A stretch of DNA of 64,000 nt from NCBI RefSeq assembly GCF_009834535.1, contig NC_045696.1:100690001-100754000 (forward strand), written 5' to 3'. A program made the translations under genes and the position numbers. Under the pieces are notes generated by a model. That model saw only the letters and a program-made list of their open reading frames with translations. It was not told the origin of the DNA and made no database searches. The first letter of the stretch is position 1. Each line of letters begins with the position of its first letter. Below are positions 37,600 to 47,528 of the stretch, in pieces. Source of the stretch: Camelus ferus (Eukaryota).

Positions 37600-37833
37600 T
37601 TTGAAGGGGAGTAAAATTGAGGGTTTCTAGAGATTTAGTTATCTTTCTCTTCCTGTTACAGAAAGACACTTACAAATGGAGATTTCCTTTATAAATGTAA
37701 ATTTCCTTCACAAAGGGCCAAATTGTACTTTGTTTTCAGAGATTCTTATGTCTTCAGCCTCTCAAAAATTATCAGCCCCAAATAATCTTTATACCGGAGG
37801 CATATTTGGGGTGGCATAGTCAGCTCCCCATCA
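37600..37833 (-). mobile_element. MER34/MER39-like LTR 5' portion
   Basis: gaggcatatttggggtggcatagtcagctccccatca is the reverse complement of the same family's 5' end as at 37270. Confidence 0.7.
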
Positions 37834-38241
37834 TTTTATAAAGAAAATACTCCCAAAATATGAAAACTGGAGTATTTTATAGTAAGATATGTAAGGATCT
37901 TGCTTGAAATATTTAAGGCTGGAAAAAGTTATTGACATTTCTGTTGACTATATACGCATCACCCATAATCATGTTTTTTTTATTACACTTTGATCATTCA
38001 TCCCATGTTACTGATTTTTCCCTTGACAACAGAACCAGGAATCTGACTGACTCCTCTTTCCTGACACTAGCAATGGCCATGCCATTATTTCAAACTAATA
38101 CATTATTAATTAATGCTCTGCATGGCATAAGGTACTTAAAAGCACATCAGAATCACTCTGAATCAGACAGAAATTAATCAATAAATGTCTAAAGGCACAA
38201 AGCTTGCAATACTGTAAAAAATGCAGAATTAGGTATTAAAA

Positions 38242-38751
38242 GGCTGGGGTTCAAAACAAGCCTCCCAAAAATGTGTCACTTTTGCATGAGGGTTACTTTG
38301 AGCTAAAGGCACTCCAGACCCTGCAGTTTCAACATAAACTATTGCCCCACCCTTGACTATCTAGAAGAATTTAAATTGGAAACTTTTCCCAGAAAAAGAG
38401 TCCTTACTGGAGATAAATTTTGTTAAGGGGTTCCATCTATATGTCAGGGCAAACATCTAATTCCCAAACATCTGCTCTTCTTATTGTCCTGTGAATGACC
38501 CTCCAGTCCTTGGAAGTCCCAAGTCCCTATCTCCTGCCTTAGCTCAGAATGGCATACATATCTCATTTTACATTTCTGTCTTTGAACCTCTCACATGGGT
38601 GGGAGTCTCTGACCCTCTCATGTAGATGGGATTCCCTTGCATACAAAATTAAATTTGCTTTTTTCCTGTTAATCTATCTCATGTCAATTTAATTCTTAGA
38701 CCCAATGGAAGGACACAGAAGGATAGAAGAAAGCTTTCCTCCTCCCCAACA
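38242..38751 (+). mobile_element. MER34-like ERV1 solo LTR
   Basis: ctggggttcaaaacaagcctcccaaaaatgtgtcacttttgcatg start; ends ..cctcctccccaaca. Confidence 0.8.
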
Positions 38752-39327
38752 AGAGCAAACTAAGAATTTCAAATTCACATCATATTTATTTTTTAATCAG
38801 GCTACTGATAATTAATGTGTTCACTAGTAGACTAAGTTTTAATTCTTCTAAAATATGAAATCATATAATCTGTCCCTCTTATGCCTGGTCTGTAAAATGG
38901 AAGAGGGGAGAATTCCTTCAATAATCAACCACAAGCACTCAGAATACTGTATCCTTAGTATAAAGAGAAAAAGTGTAATTTAAGGCCTATGCTGTGAAAA
39001 ATTACTCTTAGAAAGCATTAATCATAAGGACTGATGTCATGCTCAAAATTGCAGTTGATTACTCGTTTAAGTATATTTTACATGGCTGTAAGAAGATTTG
39101 AAACATAGTAATATCAGCATAATAGCTGGTAATTATGTTGTGAAAAAACACATCAGTCCTCTCATGTGACAAATAATTTTAAATATTTGAGCAAAATGAA
39201 CAAAAAACACTCAGAATCCTCAAAATTGAAATTAAATAAGGTAGGGTACTGCCATAACTTAGAGATCACTACTCTTTCAATTGAAATATTTAAGAATAAG
39301 GATGTTTAATGAATGAAACAAGGAGGA

Positions 39328-39638
39328 CATTAGACTGAGGAGACTCTTAGCCATGGTGGCCTGTGTAAGCAAACCAACATTTAAGTGTGAAGATGCCTCA
39401 AGGTTAGGGAGGCAGAATGCTAAGGACCACCAATCATAGGCAGTCCACTAGGCTGTAAGCTATAGCCAATCAAAAATTTCCTTTCTTTACTTTTGCACTT
39501 TCTCTATGTGTGTCTTTCCCCTACTCCTATCAGTGGAGTGGTCCTAACCACTTCTGGTTTGGCACTGCCCCATTTGAGTCAATAAATGTTCAGATAAACT
39601 CTTACAATGTTTAATATGCCTCAGTTTATCTTTTACCA
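39328..39638 (+). mobile_element. short ERV1 LTR (MER57/LTR54-like, tentative)
   Basis: Two CCAAT boxes, AATAAA at 39581-39586, terminal tttatcttttacca. Confidence 0.7.
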
Positions 39639-39714
39639 TTAGCTAGTTACCCTTCTACGCACAAGAAGGGGACGAGTAAGAGAGACGAAGTAGGAGGTAA
39701 AATACTTGTGCTTT

Positions 39715-39910
39715 GTTTAGATCTTAAAAGTTCTAAACTTTTTCACAAGAAAAAAACATTGTAACTACGCAATGTGATGGATATGAATTAAATTTATTGT
39801 GGTCATAATTTCACAATATACACATAGATTCATTATGTTAGTCTCCTTAAACTAATACAATGTTATATGTCAATTACATCTCAATAAAGCTGGAAAAAAT
39901 AAAAATGAAA
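39715..39910 (+). mobile_element. L1MA/MB 3' terminus
   Basis: ttgtaactac..tgtgatggatatg..ttattgtggtcataatttcacaatatac..acaatgttatatgtcaattacatctcaataaagctggaaaaa. Confidence 0.85.
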
Positions 39911-42900
39911 AACACCCCATGATTTTCACTCAGTAGGATGGCCATACAATTAATTGAAAATACTTGTCTACATTTTCTCTATGTATAGTTCTAGAAAATA
40001 AAATTTTAATGGCCTGAACTAATTTTATTTTATAGTCAATTTAATCAAGAGTAACTAATGCTATTGGATTCCTGATTTAATTTTTGCAGTGGCTTTTCTC
40101 TTTGAGGTATACATTTGTTCAATTTGCATACCCAGTTGTTATTCCTACTTCCCCACATCCAATAAATTTGTGAAAAAAATTATCTTCCATGTGTTTACTT
40201 AAACGTAAACACTGTAGTAGATGTATGTTTAGATCAAATGATAAATAACTGGTCTTACTTGAGTTTTCCTCAAGAAAATAAATTAATACTCTTTCCTATT
40301 TTCAGAGAGATGTATTATGCAAAACACGCTCTTCAGTGTTATATATTCTCATTTGCCTTCTTTCTTGTTTTACTTGTGGGTCACAGCATAGAGTTTCTCT
40401 CTCTGTATCCTTTATATTATTAGCCTTCAAACTAACAGATTCACAATAAATTAGTATTCTTTTCAAAATATTCTGGATTAGGAATCCAAGCAATAGAAGG
40501 GAATTAGTGAATTACATTAAGTAATTCCTTGAATAACTAAATTATTTTTTAAAATTTTTGTCTGAAAATGGTATGAAATGATCATACCATTGATACCAAT
40601 GATCAATTCATGTAGTAGGGAAACAAAAAAACTTAAGGGAACCTGGTATATAAGACAGACAAATGTGAAGCTGAAAACCCTGGAACCTCATCACTTAACA
40701 TGACTTTTGAGGCATCCAGGAAAACCTTAGAAGTCATTTCTCAGTATCATGGGTGGTCAACCTACTGTGGACCTGGGAAGAAGAGTTTAGGAATCCACAT
40801 TTGTAGCATGCTTTCCACAGGACGCTTATGTGAACTCAAGCCAGTGCCTTGGTGGCTTCATGGAGATAAACTTGGAAACTGAGATTTAAATTTAACTCAT
40901 GATAACAATATTGGGGAAACTGTTGCCAAGAAATGTTACATGATTTCTTCAAAGCTAAACAGTATCAATGGTAGGGATAAAATTTTAAAAAAACTGAGTC
41001 TTTTACCTCTTATTTCTAGTGCTCTGCCTACTGTACCACATTCATTTAGAAAGTTTTCCATTTGATTTCATCAGAATTCCTACCAGAAATCACAGATAAG
41101 CTGGCCAAATTCAACTTGTAAGATAAGATATACCAATATTAAAAAACAAAAAATTCCATGTATAATACATTTCATGTAGAAAGAAATAACCAAATTTAAA
41201 ATTAACTTTCAATGGCATATTCCTTGCTTGATCTGACAATTTTGGAAACCATATCGAGACTATGATCTTCAAAGAGTGTGCAAATAGTCCATACACTTGT
41301 CTATATTGAACAATACCTGAGAACTCCATAAAGGTCACAAAATTATGAAATAAAAATGACTAGTCTGATTTTCTGTTTTATAAAAATTAAAACTACTTCA
41401 TTTTAACATATAGCTATTATGGGACTTTTTTTTTTTTTTCCTCTGCTCTCTTACCTTACCCCCTTCCATCTTTTTTTTAATTAACCATGTCTCTGCTCCA
41501 CTATTTTAGTAGTGTAATTCAACTAAGCAAAGGGTGAATTTGATGTTGTTGTGTAAAAGTCTGCCAAGGTAGGTTTGGCTGGGAATTCTGAAAATTGTGA
41601 ACATTATTCTAAGGCCTTTGGATTTTCCTCTGAAGGTGGCAGACCGTTTGTAAGTTGTTACTTTCTCTCCCCTACCCCAGCCTTCTCTTTCTCAGAGATC
41701 ACTCTGTTATTCTGGTAGCAATATATAAGGTGAATTTGGAAACACAGATTGTGAAAATTTAAACAGATCAATGGAAATTATGGATTATATATAAATAAAT
41801 CTTCTCACATTCCCATAAGAATTATAGTCAAGATTCCCTAGAAGCAAATAAAGAATTTAAAACGCAAAAGTTCTGAAGAATTTGAAAGAAGTCTAAATAA
41901 CAAACTCATTCTTACAAGTCATGGAAAGTCATAGCAAAATACCTAATCTTTCGCATCTTCCCCTGCAGACCGATCTTTGAACAGTGCTTAAAACAAACAT
42001 GCGTGTCACCAAAAAGACTCTACCTGAGTATATGTGCACACTGAAAACAAAAAAAAAAGAATAGCACTCAACATGATGATTATCTTTATACTCCATAGTT
42101 GTTGACATCTAATCTATAAATCAAATTTTTAGTAAAATGTGTTTAAAGTCTATTTTAAAAACAGAATTTGTTTTCCCAAACATATTTCCTTGTAACCCAG
42201 TCTCACCTAACTCTCCCACCTATTGGCTGTCTTTGGCTTACACTGGAACACCGTTACTATATTATGTGTAAGTTAAATTATAAAGCATATTAATATGTCT
42301 GACAAAGTTAAAATACTAGTACTGAAAATCACACCCCAAACCAACAACTACGGAACATTTTAAATATCAGGCAGTTGGTGCCTCAGTTCCTTCCCTCTTG
42401 GGCTCTGCCTGGTTACTTTCCCTTTATGCCTGAGGAATGAGAAGTGACTAGCAGGAAGTTTAATTACCAAACACAAAGGCACAATGACATGAAATGGTTC
42501 CAGAACTTGAACGTAAGACTCCATAAGGAGAAAGAGCAAGGATAATAAAAGGCTGTTAATGAATGTTTTGTATTTGTAGCCAGCTCTTAATTACCTCTGC
42601 TAATGAATGGGAGCAGAGTGGTAATAAGCATATCAGAAATCATTCATATTCGGCTTTGGAATGCCATTTCTTACAGCAAGTTAGCATTCCTCATTACATT
42701 TCAGTAAGTATGACTTACGTACGAACTAATTTGTAATCTGTGAATATTCAGTTTACAGAGTCAGCAGACAGAGGCTGAGAAACATCTTGAAGGACGGGAA
42801 GTCAATAACTTAAACTCCAACTTTTGCTGTGAGTAATTCACATAAGGACAGAGTGTCTGAATGATAATATCTCTGGGCAACACAGATTCTCATGATATTC

Positions 42901-42929
42901 AGTAATAGGGTGTGTAAGCATATGGAGTC

Positions 42930-44560
42930 TTATTTTAGTTTATTTGCAAAAATATTCTGCACAATTATTGTTAAAAGTACTCATAAGTAATTATAGATTT
43001 TATGCTGCCATTTTAAATGAGGTCTATTCTTTCATTATACTTTTTAAAACTTGTAACTTTTATGCAGAAAAGTTCCTTATTTTATACTAATTTTGTCCTC
43101 AACCTGATTACTGCATGATTTTTATTGCTTCCAATAGTTTTTCCAATGAATTTTGTTTCTAAGTGTAGAATATTATCAATGACAAATAATAACCCTGTTG
43201 TCTTCTCCCTTCAAATATTTTATGTTATTAATTCTTTTCTCTAATTGCATGACTACTATTTACAAAATTATAATGTGATGTGGGTAAGAGAAGGCTTTTT
43301 TTTTTTAAATGGAGGTACTGGGGATTGAACCCAGGATCTTCTGCATGCTAAGCATGTGCTCTATCACTGAGTTATTCCCCATCCCACAAGAGAAGCCTTT
43401 TTCTGTTTGTTTCAACATCAGTGTGAATATTTCATTATAAAATATTAGTTCAAGTAAACTTTTTATTAAATTACAACCCACATACAGAAACATGCCAGAA
43501 GCAAGAGTGCAGTGTGATGAATTTTCCAGACACATCCCTTGGCAAGGGTAATCACTATCCCAACTTTATTGTCAAAGACAAAGAGACTGCCTATTGTTTT
43601 TCTCTTTTATGTAAATGAGACACGTTGCTTAAAGTGTCTAGCTTCTTTTAACAAACATTATCTTTATAATTTTTTAAACATTTTTGTGAATAAGTATAAT
43701 TTGAAAAAATTCTCACTGTTGTGTAGTGTCCCATTATGTTGATCTAGACACTTGGTTTGTTGAGCTATTATGAAGACAGAATTTAAGGACATTCTACCAT
43801 ATGTCTTTCTGATGCATATATATGCTTGTACATGATCATACCATGTGTGAATGGGAGTGTTATCTCTACCTTTTCTTTTTTTATTCTTTTTATCCTCTTC
43901 GTTCCTTGCTGATTAGCACTTCATTACAGTGTTGCATACTACTATGTAAAAGTGGGTACTGCTGAGTCATTCGCGTTCTCACGGTGGAAGCTTTCAGCAA
44001 TTCTCCATTTTGTACGACGTTTGATGAAGGGCTTTATTAGAATACTCTTTATCAGTGTAAAGGAGTTGCCTTCCATCCCTAATTTGCTAGTTTTTTTCAT
44101 GAAATGATACTGAAGTTATGAAACATTTTCTGCAGCTATCAAGATGATGTTATTTTCTTTTTGCTAATGCAGTGAATTAAATCACTTTTGAATTCCAAGA
44201 ATAAACTGCATCAAAAATATATATATTGCTGAATTCAATTTGCTGTTACTTGTTTAGGATTTTTGCAACTTTGTTTATGAGAGAAATTGGTGTCGTACTT
44301 CTTTTTTATAATATTCTCATCAGGTTTTGGTACCGAATTTATGCTGGTCTCACAAAATGAATCGAATAGAATTTCTTATTATTCTATTCCTCAGAAGAAT
44401 TTGTGCTAGAGTGTTTTAATATCTTAAACATATGGAAAAAATCATCCATGAATCCATCTGGACTTCCAATTTTCATTGGTGGAATTTTTAAATAACAAAT
44501 TCAGTTATTTTAATAGAGAAAAGATTATTTATATGTTCTAGATCTTTTTGTGACAGAATG
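42930..44560 (-). mobile_element. old L1M fragments (ORF2 and 3' UTR)
   Basis: ggagttgccttccatccctaatttgctag; tattgctgaattcaatttgct..ttgtttaggatttttgca; catgaatccatctggac. These are reverse L1 ORF2 motifs. Confidence 0.7.
43301..43387 (-). mobile_element. tRNA-Ala(AGC)-derived SINE (camelid Vic-1 type)
   Basis: Minus strand reads GGGGAATAACTCAGTGATAGAGCACATGCTTAGCATGCAGAAGATCCTGGGTTCAATCCCCAGTACCTCCA plus TTTA(n), with A and B boxes. ~15-bp TSD aagagaaggcttttt (43286-43300) / aagagaagccttttt (43388-43402). Confidence 0.9.
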
Positions 44561-45199
44561 GTGTTTCCTTTTGCTTACAAATTTAATTCTCTGTACCAAA
44601 ATAGAAGGTAGGAATTAAGTTAATATAGAAATAACTCATAAGGTATCTCTACAAGATATGTACTGATTTCTTTATTTTGAGAAAATAAAACTTAAGTGTG
44701 GTTCCTTAGGCAATAAAGAAATCTTCAACAAACTGAAAACCTACTACTACAATTATGTTATGCCTTAGTTATTTAACATTATGTTTATCACTAATGACTT
44801 TTGCTGACTTATTTAGACTGTGAGTTTATTATTATAAAATGCTCCTCTTTGTCATGGTTTTCACAGTTCATTCATTACTTTAGATGTGCCTTTTGGATAA
44901 GACAAAGACACAGAATCCTATATATTTTTATTGACATAACTAATATATAAAGTTTTTTCTATAATTTCATTTCATTTGTATCATAATTTATTTTTAATAC
45001 TTTCATTACTTTATCTCTTTTCTTCCTGATTGTATCTTTGCTGTGTGTGTGTTTGTGTGTTTGTGTGTGAGGGATTTGTCCTGATGATTGGAAAGATAAT
45101 AATCAAGATAGTTGTTTCTTAATGTTTTATGTACTGTAATTAAGTTGATTTATCAAGTTTAGACAGTGTAAGAAGAGCAGACATTCATCATATAATGGG

Positions 45200-45410
45200 G
45201 CTTTTTCTATGTGCTTTGCACAGATTAATTCCTTTCATTTTTTACTGAAACCGTGTGAGGCAGGCATTGCTATTACTCTTATTTTGTAGATGAAGAAGGT
45301 GAGACACGTAGAAGGTTAGTAACTTTGTCAAATTTGCGTTTCCAGTAAGTATTAGAGCTGGGTTTTGAACCAAGTTGGCTGATTCCAGAGAACCGTGTGT
45401 TATATATACT
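45200..45410 (-). mobile_element. MIR SINE
   Basis: MIR core attttgtagatgaagaaggtgagacacgtagaaggttagtaactttgtcaa..gagctgggttttgaaccaag. Confidence 0.85.
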
Positions 45411-46560
45411 AAGTTACTTTGCCTCTGGAGCTTCCCTGAGGAAGAAGATGAAATAACTTGAGTCCTTGTATTTCCTTCTGCCCATTTACTACTTCCTGAA
45501 GTCTCTCTCACTCCCAACTTTTCTTACATATATCATTACATTTAGATGTGGGAGTTAATGTCGTAACTTTCAGTAATTAAGCTTTCAAATTTAGATTGAG
45601 CATTTGCAGCCTTTTGTATTAATGACCTTTAAAAGTTGAAGAAATTTAGTCATCTACATTTCCTACCATGTTCCTCTACCCACAATATCATAATATTTGT
45701 TTAGTGTCTATTTTTGTGGTTATCCTACTATAATATTTCTTAGTCAAAATGTCCTTGTTTGAGTAAATGTCTCAGCAATTAGCCACCTGATCATTTTCTA
45801 CTGTTTTAGGCATTCTGTTCTCTTGGCTTTCAAATTGGTACTGCTTCAAAATTTTCATTATGTAATTGCTTCCTTTTTAGTACCATTTTAATGTAAATAA
45901 TTTGTAAAATTATATCTTTATTCCCAAACTATCCTCCAAACAGAGGCTGGTATATTCAGCTGCCTAAATAATCTCTCTTGATTGTTGATAGTGAACTGCC
46001 TATTTAAAATCTTCCCCTTAAATGTTCCACAGTAAACTCCTGAGTCTCCTCACCTCAAAACTGCCCTCTACTCCAATTTCCCTCATCTGAGTAAAATAGA
46101 ATTCCCTCAGTGCAAACACCAGATGCTCACGACAGAAACAAATGTTGTGTTTAGAGCCTCCTTTTTCCTCATTATTCACTTCAGATCCTTCAAAATACTT
46201 GACTACTTTGTGTCTAAAATAAAACGAAAGTATTAACATCTCTTAATTAATTCTAACATTATCAAAGCAAATGTTACTATCATATGAACCATACAAATAT
46301 TTCCTAACTATTCTTCCCAATTCTACTCTAAGACTTCTAATTCAGTGAACACATAATACAAAAATGTGAACTCCTTCAATGGAAGGAGTCATATCAGTTG
46401 CTGTTTAAAACATTTGATGATTTCCAAGTGCAAGTAGAAGAAAATCTTACATATAAAGAGACCTTAATAGTTTAGCTATTTGATAATTCCAATCTTTGTA
46501 TCACTAAACTTCCACCTGTTACACACTGATTTGCATATCTTTAAAAAAGTTAACTCCTTT

Positions 46561-46678
46561 TTCTTCTAATGTGTGAGGACGTAGCAAAAAAAATGACTGT
46601 CTATGAAACAGGAAGTGGGACCTCATCAGACATTGAAGCTGTTGGTGCCTTGCTCTTGGACTTCCAGCCTCCAGAATG
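46561..46678 (+). mobile_element. MLT1A-type LTR segment forming the retrocopy's first exon
   Basis: tgtgaggac..gtctatgaaacaggaagtgggcctcatcagaca..tggtgccttgctcttggacttccagcctccagaatg. It lacks U3 and U5 and stops at the position of the MaLR splice donor (compare ccagaact|gtcag at 58295-58307). Confidence 0.88.
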
Positions 46679-47278
46679 GTTTGATGTGTGCTCACAGTTT
46701 CCTGCGGTGCTTGGCAGGCCACTGTAACGGTACATCACCTTTCCCCTTTTTCTGAAATAGCTCAAGATTCAGTATGCCTTCCTTCTGATTATCTGGTTTC
46801 ACATGGAAGCTTTCTGTATGGGACCAGGTCTCTACTTTGGAAATCCAGGAAGACACCTGCCTTTGCTTGCCTCAGTTCCAGCAAATCCTGAGGCCGATGT
46901 ATAAAGCCTTGAAAGAGATGGATTCTAATATAATCATTGAAAGATTCCCAACAATTGGTCAATTGTTGGCAAAGCCTTGCTGGTATCCTTTTATCTTAGC
47001 ATATGATGAAAACCAAAACTTTCTAGTATCGTGTTTGTGTTGTCTGATTTAAAAGAATCACAGAATTCTGGAGAACTGAAACTTAATCCTGGACATGGGA
47101 ATCATTATTGCATACATTTTTGGCATTTAGAATTGCTATAAAAGAAGTTGTGTTTTCTTTTAACTAAAGGTCTTGGGTATGCACCTGCTGATTACTATCT
47201 TGGTTTGCTTAAAAATATGGTTTATCATTAGTGTCTGTACTCAGAGAGAATTGTTAATGGATTTGACACTCAAAAGTG

Positions 47279-47528
47279 GGAAATGCAAACTACAACATTA
47301 GTGAGACACCCATCTGATTATGAGGAAAATAAAACTCCTGGATGTTGCTGATGGGAGTATGAAGAGGCACAATCACTTTGGAGAACAACTTGGTAATACC
47401 CTGCTGCTATTTCTTCTTACAGGTCAAGGGGACTTAAACAGAACTGTCTGTAAAGGGTAGAATCAATCTTGCTGTATATTTATACAGAAATAAATAAAGC
47501 AATGGTGGTTTATTTACAGATTGGAATG
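47279..47528 (+). mobile_element. old L1M-derived sequence forming the retrocopy's terminal exon
   Basis: ggaaatgcaaactacaaca..gtgagacacc..ttgctgatgggagtatgaag..acaatcactttggagaacaacttggta resembles the L1 ORF2 3' region. It lies inside the TSDs. Confidence 0.7.

Noticed and set aside
43301..43387. Genuine tRNA-Ala gene
   Set aside because: It has an A-tail, a ~15-bp TSD, extra 5' bases and stem-disrupting substitutions, consistent with a SINE copy.
46688..47052. Functional FANCC gene or expressed retrogene ORF
   Set aside because: The start codon is mutated to ATA, there are several 1-nt indels and a premature TAA, there are no introns, and only the first third of the CDS is present.
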